A DNA stretch of 63,963 bases, the filler included, from Octopus bimaculoides (lineage: Eukaryota), in the NCBI RefSeq assembly GCF_001194135.2. It is 8 parts of 7 records of this genome, joined end to end, with 100 filler letters (N's around TTAATTAATTAA, not from the genome) between each part and the next. Parts side by side here need not be neighbours in the genome. Positions count along the whole stretch, not along the records: positions 36,161 to 40,904 come from NC_068984.1; positions 41,005 to 43,058 come from NC_068995.1; positions 43,159 to 53,827 come from NC_068984.1; positions 53,928 to 60,052 come from NC_068981.1; 4 more parts are not named here. One strand, given 5' to 3'. Below are positions 40,236-54,710 of this stretch, one piece after another. Each line of letters opens with the position of its first letter. Position 1 is the stretch's first letter. Position numbers and translations under genes: made by a program. The notes beneath the pieces were generated by a model. It was given only the letters and a program-made list of their open reading frames with translations, was not told the DNA's origin and searched no databases.

Positions 40236-40904
40236 ATCACTTATATGAACCAAAGGTATGTTTCTGCCAATGTTTACATCGATAAGCATGCTCTATAAAC
40301 GTGTTTACAAGGGGATTCTTAGAAAATAGAATATAAAAGAACTATTACTGAGATGGCAGAATTCTTTGCCTTTATCATAAGGGAACAAAATTGAGAGAAT
40401 TAACTAATCTAAATTAAATTATTTATTATAATCTTTTAGATACCAAATTAATTTACTAAGCCCTGTACTGTTGCATTTATTACTATCCCTAAGTGTAGAG
40501 TAATGATTAGAAAATCTTTTTGATAACTGAGAAGAAGAACTACCAATATAAAAAAAAATTGGTACCGGAAGTAATTTTACACTGGTATATAGGATTTTTA
40601 GTCTTAGAATTACTAGACATAAACTTAATTCTGTTGGAATTAAATTCAGAGACAATAACCTTGTTGTTAATATTACTAGGAGAATGGTTAATATTAGCTA
40701 AATTAGTATTTTCAGTAATCGGATTCCTATTTAACAGACTAATATTAAGTGAAGAGATAATTTGTGAAAGATTTTTTGTGTTAGAAAAACTAATCCTAAC
40801 CATGAGCGAGTTGATAATCGAATAATACCTAGAATTCTTTTGAAAGTTCTTAATAATATCTTCATAAAACTGGAAAGAAAGATTAGATTTAATTTGCCTC
40901 ACAT
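40236..40904 (-). mobile_element. Naiad-like PLE linker plus C-terminal GIY-YIG endonuclease (decayed)
   Basis: IIKNFQKNSRYYSIINSLMVRISFSNTKNLSQII..KNPIYQCKITSG / FYIGSSSSQLSKRFSNHYSTLRDSNKCNSTGLSKLIWYLKD..YDKGKEFCHL..RCKHWQKH. Frameshift at the A-run near 40550 and in-frame stops. The 5' part is lost in a gap. Confidence 0.8.
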
Positions 40905-41216
40905 NNNNNNNNNNNNNNNNNNNNNNNNNNNNNNNNNNNNNNNNNNNNTTAATTAATTAANNNNNNNNNNNNNNNNNNNNNNNNNNNNNNNNNNNNNNNN
41001 NNNNTATATATACATATACATATATACATATATATACGAAGGGTTTCTTTCAGTTTCCGTCTACCAAATCGACTCACACAGCTTTGATCGGCCAGAAGCT
41101 ATAATAGAAAACACTTGCCCAAGGTGCCACGCAGTGGGACTCAACCTTGAACCATGTGGTTGGGAAGCAAGCTTCTTACCACATAGCCACTTCTACGCTT
41201 ATACATATATACATAC

Positions 41217-41261
<45 letters not shown>

Positions 41262-41694
41262 TATATGTATGTATGTATGTATATACACACACATATATAT
41301 ACATATACAAGAGGGATGACCACTAAGTGGACATCCAATATGCTAGATGTACACCCCATATGTTCTGACCACTAAGAAAAGATTGTTCTCATATGGGGTC
41401 ATTGCTACGCTTATGGCACTTTACGTTCAAATACCACCCAGATCAGCTATTCCGTTTATCCTTCTGATTTCGATAAACCGAACTGTGGCGTCACGTTTTA
41501 TCTGGCGACACATTTTACCTGGCGACACGTTTTATCTAAGGAACAAAGCTTGAAATTTAGGGAAGGGTACGAGTAAAAATATATCGATACTTCAGTACTT
41601 GACTAGTGTTTGAATTTATCTTTCCGGAAGACTAGAAAACAAATTTGACCTTGACCTTGGAGTTTCTAGATCAGGAAGAAATACCGCAAAGCAT

Positions 41695-42170
41695 TTTTAT
41701 CTTTTATCTTTTACTTGTTTCAATCATTAGACCGTGGCCAAGCTGGGGCACCGCCTTGAAGAATCTTTTAGTCGAAAATATTTGCCCCAGTAGTTATTTG
41801 CTTTTAAGTACTGTAACTTATTCTATCGTTGTCTTTTGCCGAAACGCCAAGCTATGGGACGTAAACACACCACCATCGGTTATCATGCGATGGTGACGGA
41901 CAAACACACATGTGCGCACACCCATACACTCAAATACACACATACGCACGCACGCACGCACGCACACACACAAACAAACAAACACACATACACACACACA
42001 CATATATATGTAGATATAAGACAAGCTTCTTTTAATTTCCGTTTATCAAATCCATTCACAAGGCTTTGGTCGGTCCGCGGCTATAGTAGAAAGCATTTCC
42101 CCAAGGTGCCATACAGTGGGACTGAACTCGGGACAATGTGACTGGGAAGCAAGCTTCTTACCACCTGCGC
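41695..42170 (-). mobile_element. SINE family A, full length
   Basis: Tail 41695-41915, internal CA/TA tract, head 42015-42170. Confidence 0.85.
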
Positions 42171-42969
42171 TTGTCTTGTCTAACATTCTAAATATTCTGA
42201 CACGCTTCCAATTTTTTTTTTGTTAATGATAATGTGTGGTTTGATGGAAATTTGGCTACTAATTCTGGGAGGTCGAGCAGCAACGCAGAGACACCTTCGT
42301 TGGTTAATGTAGAAGGAGGTTAAGGAAGTATCTGTGGTGGAATCTCTTGCTCAATAATCCCTCTTTTCTATGACATCAACTTTTAATTGAAGTGGCATTC
42401 CTATTTAAAACAGCCCCTGTTTTAGGGGCTATCCTTCCATTAATTGGCATCAAATGTTTTATAGAGTCATAGAGTGCATTTGAAGATGTAGAAATTATAA
42501 GGGGTTCTTTACTTTTATTTTCACTTCTTTCATAGAAGATAAGGGGATGATGGGTGGGGATGTCACAAATGGTAACGGTTAGTCAGGGAACTTGGTGGCT
42601 TTAGGAGAAAAATGAGAATAATGTCTAGTGTATGTTTTCTCATTCTCTTTTATGTCCTGTGTCCTTGTGTAAGTCCTTTAATGTGTATACACAGATGTTT
42701 GTTTAAGAGTGTGTATACGTTGTGTATGTGTGAATGTATGTGTGGAAGGGTAAATAGAAGAATTAAGCAGTTCCATAAAGTGGTTGGTTCAAACATTTTG
42801 TTAAAACAAAAGAGAGAAAAGAAAAAAAAAATGGAAAATTAAATGTTTTAAATGTTTTATGTCTCAAATGATTAGATTAGAAGGATGTGATGTGACAACT
42901 ACGACACTGATGTCGAATCAAACGTAACGACGACTACAATAACAATAATACACATTGTTGTTGTTGTTG

Positions 42970-43058
<89 letters not shown>

Positions 43059-43158
43059 NNNNNNNNNNNNNNNNNNNNNNNNNNNNNNNNNNNNNNNNNN
43101 NNTTAATTAATTAANNNNNNNNNNNNNNNNNNNNNNNNNNNNNNNNNNNNNNNNNNNN

Positions 43159-43201
<43 letters not shown>

Positions 43202-43701
43202 GTACAGAAGCACGCAATATTCGTTCGGGTTCCCATACACATACTTTCAGATATAAGTCTGGGTTTGTTTCTTATGAGTTTATACATTGATCTCTCTGTC
43301 TCTCTCTTTCTCTCTCTCCCTCTCACTGCTTCTCTCACTTTCTCCCCTCTCTCTGTCAGTCCCTTTCTCTTTCTCTCTCTTTCACTCGGATTTCCTGTCC
43401 ATTCTTCCATCTCAGAGGCAGACATTTCGGTTGAGAATACTACTGTTGGTTCCAGATACATATGAAGCAAGCTGCACATGCGCCAGTGCCCGCAATCATA
43501 CACAAATGCATAGATAAATACATGCAGATATAGATATATATGAATATGTAGATATGTAAATGAATTTACACACAAACACATACACACACACACACAAACA
43601 CCGTATGTATATATATATATATATAAATATATATATGTATGTGTGTGTGTATATGTATATATACATTTATGTATATTTATAAATATATATATTTATTTAT
43701 G

Positions 43702-43740
<39 letters not shown>

Positions 43741-43772
43741 TTTATAGACACATATCTTCATCTACATATGCA

Positions 43773-43821
<49 letters not shown>

Positions 43822-44040
43822 NNNNNNNNNNNNNNNNNNNNNNNNNNNNNNNNNNNNNNNNNNNNNNNNNNNNNNNNNNNNNNNNNNNNNNNNNNNNNNN
43901 NNNNNNNNNNNNNNNNNNNNNNNNNNNNNNNNNNNNNNNNNNNNNNNNNNNNNNNNNNNNNNNNNNNNNNNNNNNNNNNNNNNNNNNNNNNNNNNNNNNN
44001 NNNNNNNNNNNNNNNNNNNNNNNNNNNNNNNNNNNNNNNN

Positions 44041-44105
<65 letters not shown>

Positions 44106-44705
44106 TGCTGTGTATGAAGCGTTTTATATAACATATTCTCACAGCATCGACCAACTTCTAACCAGAATTCTCCTTCTTCGTGTTCTTTGATGTTTGAGCA
44201 ACAAAGCTTGCAAAGTCAATAACTTCCACAACTCTATCGAGGTTTTGCTGACCCGGTCTCTAAGATGACATACTTTGAACGATGAAGGATCTAAGAATCT
44301 AAGATAGTTCGATATTCTGATAAAATTAACACACTTGGATTTATCTGAAGAATTACTGAGATTACAAATTGTTTGAATTGCTCTGGCATTTTCTGCTTTT
44401 TCCAAGCATATTCTGTTCATGATGCAGTTATATGGAATGTGGGATGCGTTTATAGTTTTTTCTAGGTTTTTTTTATTTGTGTAGGAGCATGTGAAGCGGG
44501 GATTGATGATAAAGAATTCTGAGAGTGAAGAACCGCTGAAAACGTTCGGATGGAGGACTTTATTATCGAGGGCTCGTTTCACGTATGTTTTGAAACTGGT
44601 TGTCAGATCTGAATTACTATTTCAAACCGTTTATTGTCCATCGTCACTCTTTTAGCTCAGAGGTTACATCCAGGATGTGACAGATGGAGGGACACAGAGA
44701 GAGAA

Positions 44706-44798
<93 letters not shown>

Positions 44799-45257
44799 GA
44801 GAGCTGCACGAGCATTTGCCCGCTTGCCTCCTATTCATCTGGACCTGAGTGGACTGAAGTAACTTGGAAAATTGTGCCTTCCTCAAAAACGCAACCCGCC
44901 ACCAGGTTCAATTGCTATAAACTCTGATACCACAATTGTGAGTCCGACATTTTCGCCAACAGGTCAACCGCACGCATACAGACTCACGTATAGTTAAGTG
45001 AGATGTGAGTAAAAATCTTGTAGAATGCAGTGTTAAGGTGGTCCACAGTTATTAGCTACCTAATGTTATCGTACAGTAGAAATACATATGCGAAGCGATA
45101 TACATCAGGAATTCTATAGCCTCTACACCTGGGATATAAGATAATGACTGCACATCGCACCGATGTCCAACAGGTGTGGGTGTGCTCGAAACAATTGTGA
45201 TTTTGAATGAAATATATTGTTAAATCCATTTTCTGTCGTTTATCTATCTATCTATTT

Positions 45258-45301
<44 letters not shown>

Positions 45302-45910
45302 NNNNNNNNNNNNNNNNNNNNNNNNNNNNNNNNNNNNNNNNNNNNNNNNNNNNNNNNNNNNNNNNNNNNNNNNNNNNNNNNNNNNNNNNNNNNNNNNNNN
45401 NNNNNNNNNNNNNNNNNNNNNNNNNNNNNNNNNNNNNNNNNNNNNNNNNNNNNNNNNNNNNNNNNNNNNNNNNNNNNNNNNNNNNNNNNNNNNNNNNNNN
45501 NNNNNNNNNNNNNNNNNNNNNNNNNNNNNNNNNNNNNNNNNNNNNNNNNNNNNNNNNNNNNNNNNNNNNNNNNNNNNNNNNNNNNNNNNNNNNNNNNNNN
45601 NNNNNNNNNNNNNNNNNNNNNNNNNNNNNNNNNNNNNNNNNNNNNNNNNNNNNNNNNNNNNNNNNNNNNNNNNNNNNNNNNNNNNNNNNNNNNNNNNNNN
45701 NNNNNNNNNNNNNNNNNNNNNNNNNNNNNNNNNNNNNNNNNNNNNNNNNNNNNNNNNNNNNNNNNNNNNNNNNNNNNNNNNNNNNNNNNNNNNNNNNNNN
45801 NNNNNNNNNNNNNNNNNNNNNNNNNNNNNNNNNNNNNNNNNNNNNNNNNNNNNNNNNNNNNNNNNNNNNNNNNNNNNNNNNNNNNNNNNNNNNNNNNNNN
45901 NNNNNNNNNN

Positions 45911-45955
<45 letters not shown>

Positions 45956-47121
45956 GAAAGAGAGAGAGGGAGACAGAGAGATCTTCACAAATTCAGAATT
46001 AGAGACTTCCACGTATGTACATAAATTCATATATGTATAGACCCTCAAACACACACGCACAAATAGGATATATCCAGCTTACACTGATATACTCTCCCCC
46101 ACAAATAATTACTTACAACACATACATAATATATATATACATAAATATCATGCACACAAACACACCTACACACACATATAGACACATAAACACACATAGA
46201 CACATATACATTCGATAAGTAAATAAATCTTACTAATGCTCTTATACAGCCTGTCCCCAGATTGTAGATTGTTGAGTGTATATATCTTATCAGCTCTTCC
46301 TGCTTGTAGAATCTGGAGCAAACCAAGGTTTCTGATCTGTTCATATAACTCCCAAATTTAATCCGTAATCCGGTATTAGCCTCTGGTCTGGATTTCATAG
46401 AATATCTTTTGTTGTACATAGGAATGTTAGTGGATTTGAGTTATCTTTCGAAGAATCTAATCATTGTAATGTAGTTGTGTATGCGTAGATGACAGAGGCG
46501 TAAATATGCATAGGATGTGTATACCTATATACACATACATATATATAGATTTAGATGTGCATATACGCATATGCATATATATATATATATACATATATAT
46601 ACATACATATATATATATATACACACACACATATATATATACACATACATACATACATACATACATATATGCATATATATATGTATATATATGGATATAT
46701 ATAATGTATATATATATATTTATATATATATATATATAACGGGCCACGCATATTATAATATATTTCATATATCATATTATTTTATATATATATATGATAT
46801 ATATATGTGTGTGTGTATGTGTGTGTATATACACACACACACACTCACACACACATACATATATATATATATATAACTCTATATATGTATATATATGTAT
46901 CTAAATACTTATATAAACGCATATATATATGTATATATGCATGTATTTTCGCATGACTATTGTATATATATACACGTGTATAAAATTGAACTTTTAAAGT
47001 ACACAAAATCTGGTACACCAAAACCATAAATGTACATAAGCATTTATGTGTGCGTTTATGCTTAAAGTACTATACATACACACACACACGTACACACACA
47101 CACACACACGCGCGCATACAA

Positions 47122-47153
<32 letters not shown>

Positions 47154-47244
47154 ACATATCATATGTGGTTAAATTGATCGTTAAAGGTGACGAGTGAAAT
47201 CACAGTGAAATCAATATTATGTATAAGTTTTAGTCGGTTAAATA

Positions 47245-47579
47245 CGGTAGAACCTCGCAGTACGAGTGCCCCATTGTACGAATAATTTGCTGTACGAGCC
47301 GAGACTCGTGTGAATTTTTGATTTACAGTACGAGCACACAGATTGTGTCGTATTTAAAGTAATTCAGTTAAATAAAACCAGTTTACATATTTCTTTTGCA
47401 TTCTCCTTTTTATAATTGTCATTTTACTTCTAACAAAAACCTTTTTTGAGTGGTTTAGCGGGGCTGGAACGGATCATGTTTAGTTAATTTCAATGGAGAT
47501 AATTGATATGTAAAACGGGTAAATCGTAAGACGAGAACGGTCATGGAACGAATTAAACTCGTACTGCGAGGTATCACTG
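47245..47579. mobile_element. Tigger/pogo-like MITE (335 bp)
   Basis: 23-bp TIRs cggtagaacctcgcagtacgagt / actcgtactgcgaggtatcactg (16 contiguous matches), TA on both flanks, and an internal ggctggaacggat..tttcaatgg block typical of Tigger-family ends. Confidence 0.8.
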
Positions 47580-48297
47580 TATATAGGATTTGGCCATCAA
47601 TAAATGTCGGTTAATTTCTACAAGTTGATCAGCAGTATTCTTTCATTCTTTTATTCATTTGAGCTATTGGACTCCGGCCATGCTGGGGCACAGCATGTTG
47701 TCCATCTTGCTAACGATTCCTCTAACTCGCCGCCTTAAGGCCATGGAACCATGATATTATTATTAACTTACATCTAAACCGATATATCTTGCATACTGTT
47801 TTTTTTTTTGTTATGAAGCGGGCCCTAATAGAATAGTAAAATTTTGATCTAGTTCCTATCATATATGAAATCTTTATAATCGACAATATAAAGATGAAGG
47901 CAAATGCAAAGAATTACGGGGTAAATCTTTGTGGATGCCACATGTGTGTGTATGTAAGTGAAAACAATTACACATTGGTGTGCAGATGGAATTCATGTAG
48001 TATTTTAATTCATCAGAATGTGGCAAAAAGAGACTTGACGGATGAGCAAATGTGCTTCATAAATTACTGTATTATATTAAATCTGTCTTCATACATGTCT
48101 TTAAAGTAATATTTTTCTTGTGGCCCAAACGGTTAAAACCACACCATCTTGTGGGTGCCCTGTGTTAAAGCTCAGAACGATTAACCGAAGAGATCCACTG
48201 ATATTTTCTGGTGATGGCCGTATGTGTTTGATATACTAGGAAGAATAAATTCGAAGGTTTATAACTGTAATATATATACACCGGTATATCTTGTTGC

Positions 48298-48680
48298 AGT
48301 GGAGGCACAATGGCCCAGTGGTTAGGGCAGCGGACTCGCGGTCATAAGATCGCGGTTTCGATTCCCAGACTGCGCGTTGTGAGTGTTTATTGAGCGAAAA
48401 CACCTAAAGCTCCACGAGGCTCCGGCAGGGGATGGTGGCGAACCCTGCTATACTCTTTCACCACAACTTTCTCTCACTCTTACTTCCTGTTTCTGTTGTG
48501 CCTGTAATTCAAAGGGTCAGCCTTGTCACACTGTGTCACGCTGAATATCCCCGAGAACTATGTTGAGGGTACACGTGTCTGTGGAGTGCTCAGCCACTTG
48601 CACGTTAATTTCACGAGCAGGCTGTTCGGTTGATCGGATCAACTGGAACCCTCAACGTCATAAGCGACGGAGTGCCAACA
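48298..48680 (+). mobile_element. SINE family D (tRNA head, long central domain)
   Basis: A box TGGCCCAGTGG and B-box-like GTTTCGATTCC. The 3' half recurs inverted at 33870-34062 and degenerately at 58650-58770. Confidence 0.8.
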
Positions 48681-48787
48681 ATCTTGTTGCATGGGAAACA
48701 GTTTGTTGCTTGAACCAAACCGAATATTGCACTTCTAATATCGTAAACACTCATACATACTCATCTGTATCCTTCTATGTATATGAA

Positions 48788-48822
<35 letters not shown>

Positions 48823-49102
48823 CGCCATTGAAAGAAAAGCAAATTCTGTAAGTAAACGTAAACAAATACAATTAATATTTATGTAGTAACTGTGTTTTGG
48901 TAAAGCAGTGATAGTGAGAGCATGTAACCAGGAACCGGATTACAGACGTTTCGAATCGCATTAGACTCCCTTGAGACTTTACGAGACAAACTATTTTTAC
49001 CACGCATTATCTATCTATATATTTACCTACCAAGTTAGGTATATTTACAAACATGCATGCATACCTGTGTACACACACACACACACACATGTGTATGTAT
49101 AT

Positions 49103-49142
<40 letters not shown>

Positions 49143-49465
49143 ATGTGTGTAATGATAGATAGATAGGTTTAAATATTTTATGACTCACATATTTCACGGA
49201 GTGCATTATTAAAGTACAGTAAATATGAATTTGGTATGAAATGACAAAAAAATGATTAATTTAATAAATAAATAAATTAAAACCACTAAAACAATAAGTG
49301 GAATATTTCTAATATAATCAGGTCCAATTCCACTTTACAATTGTTCTTGAAATGGTTTACAAAGCAGACTGCAAAAACTAATGACGGTGATGTGGAAGGA
49401 GTGAATGAGTGTGTTTGTTAAGAAGTATTTAACGAAGTGCAGTTTCTATAGAAGTTTAGATCTAT

Positions 49466-49573
<108 letters not shown>

Positions 49574-49839
49574 ATATCTATCTATCTACCTACCTACCTA
49601 CCTACCTACCTATCTACGTACGTACGTACGTATTTATGTATGTATGTATGTATGTATGTGTGTGTGTGTATGTATGCATGTATGTATGTATGTATGTATC
49701 TATCTATCCATCTATCTATCTATTCGGTTTATATTTCCCTAATGTGAGGAAAATACTGAAGTAGATATAATCAGCTCTTTCCCTCCACCCCATTATTATT
49801 ATTATCATCATCATCATTATTATTATTATTATTATTATT

Positions 49840-50330
49840 CAGTAGTTTNNNNNNNNNNNNNNNNNNNNNNNNNNNNNNNNNNNNNNNNNNNNNNNNNNNN
49901 NNNNNNNNNNNNNNNNNNNNNNNNNNNNNNNNNNNNNNNNNNNNNNNNNNNNNNNNNNNNNNNNNNNNNNNNNNNNNNNNNNNNNNNNNNNNNNNNNNNN
50001 NNNNNNNNNNNNNNNNNNNNNNNNNNNNNNNNNNNNNNNNNNNNNNNNNNNNNNNNNNNNNNNNNNNNNNNNNNNNNGTTATGTATTTGTCTGAATATTT
50101 TTTTATTATACCTAAGGCACCTACTATGATAGGAATTGTTTCTGTTTTTAGATTCCACATTCGAGTTATCTCTATTTCCAGGTCTTTGTATTTTGAAAGT
50201 TTTTCCATTTCTTTTAGAGAAACGTTGTCATCTGCTGGTATTGAAACATCAATTAGAAGGCATTTTTTTCCTTCATGATCTTTGACAACTATATCTGGTC
50301 TATTCGCCTTAATTTCTCTATCTGTGTGTA

Positions 50331-50333
<3 letters not shown>
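49840..50333 (-). mobile_element. R4/Dong 3' end, REL endonuclease, 5'-truncated (family 1, copy 1)
   Basis: IHTDREIKANRPDIVVKDHEGKKCLLIDVSIPADDNVSLKEMEKLSKYKDLEIEITRMWNLKTETIPIIVGALG; ends aaactactg + (AAT)n; (AAT)n on both sides; internal gap 49849-50077. Confidence 0.9.
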
Positions 50334-50372
<39 letters not shown>

Positions 50373-50374
50373 CA

Positions 50375-50421
<47 letters not shown>

Positions 50422-50979
50422 GAGTGAGAGAGCAGTGCATGCCATCGAAGTGACACTGGGATACAAATATACGAAGCCCAAAATACACGTCATGATGACC
50501 CGTCTGAAATCAGTACACCAGACGCATGCATCACAACCATATGTGCGCGACATGGTGATCTTGTATCAAGATAAATAGCGCATGATCTTGAGGTGGGGGT
50601 CCAGTTAGAATTTTCTCCAAGTCGAATAGCCCATCCTACTCAAAAGGTCCCTGAATAAGGATTGTTTAAGGATGTTGAACGAAACACCCATGTTTCCAAA
50701 GGTGAATTATTAAAAGCCCAAAGAATTCCTCTCAACACATGGCTATGATGCTCCCCCACTACTTCTGCTCATGATAAGAGATGCACATATCGTCAGCCAC
50801 CAAGGGACATGCTCAACTGGTTAAGGTCAAACAACTGACAAGCAAATCTGTGGTATTAAGCAGAATATTTGCTGTAACCCATCTTTTATACCAAGACAAA
50901 ACAATATACATGACAGTACCTCCAATCAATTAAGATCAGAAGCCACGAGAGCCACTGCCAGGTACTCCATCAGGGCATT
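50422..50979 (-). mobile_element. Unclassified ~560-bp interspersed element X, bounded by (AAT)n
   Basis: Partial copies at 11650-11727 (head aagatcagaagc..agccactg..ggtact) and in 28620-28740 and 29050-29230 (cagcaaata..ccacagatttg..gtgggggagcatc). No ORF seen. Confidence 0.6.
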
Positions 50980-50983
50980 TATG

Positions 50984-51036
<53 letters not shown>

Positions 51037-51038
51037 CT

Positions 51039-51495
<457 letters not shown>

Positions 51496-51800
51496 ATTAT
51501 TATCATTATTATTATTATCATTATTATTATTATCATTATTAATATTATTATTATTATTTTTAATGATATGGATAATTTGGAAATAAATTTACGAGAGTTC
51601 GTTTAGAATGCAAACACATAGACATCGTGCATAAAATAAAATGTTTTCTTTCAGACTGAAGAATAGCTGAAGTGATCATAGTTGTTCTTTACCAGATGAA
51701 GAGTGCTTAGTTAATTCATTTAAGAGAGAGAGAGAGAGAGAGAGAAAGCTGGATGGAAATAGGAAAAGAATGAAAAAGAAGAAGAGAAAGCGGGAGAGGA

Positions 51801-51842
<42 letters not shown>

Positions 51843-53776
51843 TGTGTATGTAACTTAAATATACCACAAAATACGATGAACAACAGACATTACTTTTGCT
51901 TATTTACATGTAAAACATTCTTTAACAAGTTTTAATTGATTAAAATACTGAAAAACTGTGTTTGTCGATAGTTTTGAAAGTTAAGTGTATACGTCTTTGT
52001 ACTAAACATATATTTAGCGTCACTTTGCAAGTGCACTTATTTAAAATATATCTGTATATTTTTACTAAACAGACCTCGCTAATTTTAGATGCAATTTATC
52101 TACACATATATATTGTCTCTCTTATTCGATTAATTACTATGCTTCATCAATGAATCTAATGATATGCAAATGTGTAAAAGTTGTAGCAGACACTCGTAAG
52201 TAGCTGTAAAATAATATTTCTCCTTGTATAAGACGGTGTGCTGGCAGAATCGTTGGCAACGTGCTTAGTCGTATTTCGTCCGTCTTTACGGTCTGATTTC
52301 AAATTCCGCTGCGATCGGGCTTGCGTTTCATTGTTTTGGATCGATGAAAGAAGTACCAGTTAAATAGTCGAATCACCCATCCTCCGTAATTGCTGGCCTT
52401 GTGCCAAAATTTGAGACCAATATTTTTCCTTGCTTTTTTTAAGGAGAAAAAAGCGAAGTAAAATTGACCAGGGGGTATCAAATCATATTGTTGTTTTAAT
52501 CGATTTGTTCAGTAGGAAGAGTGAAGTAGGGAGAAAGAAAGAGAGAGAGAGAGATTATGAGAGAAAGATTAACAGAGAGATATATAAAGGGAAAAATATA
52601 TATTGAAGGGAGCGTCAATTTATCGAACGAGGTTATACGTGTGCAAATCGAAAATATAAAAAAAGAGAAAACAGCAAACGTCAATCCGTTGTGCAGTGTG
52701 TCTATATTAGATTGACGATCATCGAAAGATTTTAGATGGAAAAGCAAAAGAGGAAATGACGTTTCGAGAATAGCTCTTCGTAAGAAGGAGGAAAATTCCC
52801 AGAGAGAAGAACAAAGAGAAAGCAGGTATCTCGTTACATGGCGAAAAAATAAGTGACCGGAAGTTGAAGAGAAATAGAGAACGTGGTTTTTGAAGGAAGG
52901 AGAGTGCAAAAATGGCAATTCAGAGTGTGTGTGTGTGTTTGTGTCTGAGAGCATTTAGAGTGTATACGTTTTTATGTGAATGTGTGGTAGTTGCAAGGAG
53001 CATGCTTGTATATTGGGGATTACTGGGATGGATGGTACTATTTGTATGCGTCGGTTCGTTAAATACACGTAGTACATAAGTAAATACAGCCTCAATGCCT
53101 TAGCAAAAATATGCGTGCGTAAGTACGTGCAGGTATGAGTTTGCGTATTTTTGTAGCAATTAGATTCTGGCAAAACCATCTACTGTCAAACCACATTCAC
53201 TAAAAGTTAATTTCATTTGGTATTAAAAGATTTGGTCACACAGCAACATCGTGTTCATTGAGAGCTTCTGTGCAACGATTTGAAAAAGTAAGGAATTACA
53301 AGTTCTAAAAACGACATCCCTTATCTTTTGTTTTCTGTTCATTTGCTCTCCCTTCGTGTTGATCTCAAGTAAATGCGCGCATCAGAACAGAAATGTGTGT
53401 GTGCACGTTTAACAAGAGCGCATTCGTGGAAAACGAGGAAGAAGAAGAAGAAGAAGAAGAAGAAGAAGAAGAAGAAGAAGAAGAAGAAGAAGAAGAAGAA
53501 GAAGAAGAAGAAGAAGAAGAAGAAGAAGAAGAAGAAGGAGGCAGAAGAAGAACAAGTACAATAGCAAAAGCTATAACAACAATGGTAAACACCAAATGAA
53601 ATGGTATCGACCCAGAAAGAGTGAAATCAAATTTAGATTCAGGAGGATTTGAACTTGGAGATCAAAGAGGATGAAGGAGTACGGCAACGGTTCCTAACTT
53701 CATGTTCACGCACACACACACACAACACACACACATACACACACATCTGTGTACGTATATGTATGTATGTTTATAT

Positions 53777-53827
<51 letters not shown>

Positions 53828-54710
53828 NNNNNNNNNNNNNNNNNNNNNNNNNNNNNNNNNNNNNNNNNNNNTTAATTAATTAANNNNNNNNNNNNNNNNN
53901 NNNNNNNNNNNNNNNNNNNNNNNNNNNAACGTGAAACTCAGAGTAACGGTTTTTTTGTTATATTTCTGCTGCTTTTAAATAAAGCATATTACTCTACCTC
54001 TGGTATTTGAGTACTCTTTTTTCCACCTTGTTGCACATTTCATGTGCTTACTCCGGTATATATATATATATATATATATATATACGTCAGGCTTCTTTCA
54101 GTTTCGTCTACCAAATCCATTCACAAGGCTTTGGTCGACCAGAGGCTATAATAGTAGACACATACCCAATGTGTCACGCAGTGGGACTGAACCCACAACT
54201 ATATGAATGCATGACTTTTATCTTTTACTTGGGTTGTAACAGAACTTGTTCAAAAATGATGTTTACGAACAAAAATGACAGATGCGACTTGTCCTTCAGT
54301 TTCTATCTCTGACCACTTGATATGTTCACCGGAATACTTTACTGTCTAAATTAAACAAAAACGAAGCATGGGCGCCATGACATGTAAACGTATGCAACAT
54401 ATATTGTTCAGGCTTTTCGGCTCCATTAGCTGACCCCTATTTCTTCCTGTAACTGTATGAGGCACTGATGTATACTAGACCGAACCACGAACAGATAGAA
54501 TTGTTGTAGTATGGCGACAAATTCTCCTACAGTCTTTACAATTTTTACACAGTCAGTCATTAACAGGTTGGACTAAAGACTGCAAACGGAAAAGTTTAGG
54601 TACAGTTGCCATGAATGGACATAGACTGATAACCTGAATGTTGAAAACACTTTTATTCGGTTCATGGTAAGAGATGAACAACCATTGTGAATTTGCTTTA
54701 CAATAACTAA

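Noticed and set aside
40236-40660. Selenocysteine-type Naiad endonuclease
   Set aside because: The internal stops read were TAA and TAG, not TGA at Cys positions; no SECIS identified.
41490-41540. Three 17-bp direct repeats (cac.tttta.ctggcga), CRISPR-like at a glance
   Set aside because: Contiguous with no spacers, in a eukaryotic context; a trivial tandem repeat.
44922-44932. TGGTATCAGAG primer-binding-site-like motif on the - strand
   Set aside because: No LTR pair, no gag/pol motifs, poor CA-to-TGG spacing, and it matches plant rather than animal initiator tRNA.
50900-50979. HDV-like ribozyme at the head of element X
   Set aside because: A P3/L3-like loop exists, but P1, P1.1 and J4/2 could not be assembled.
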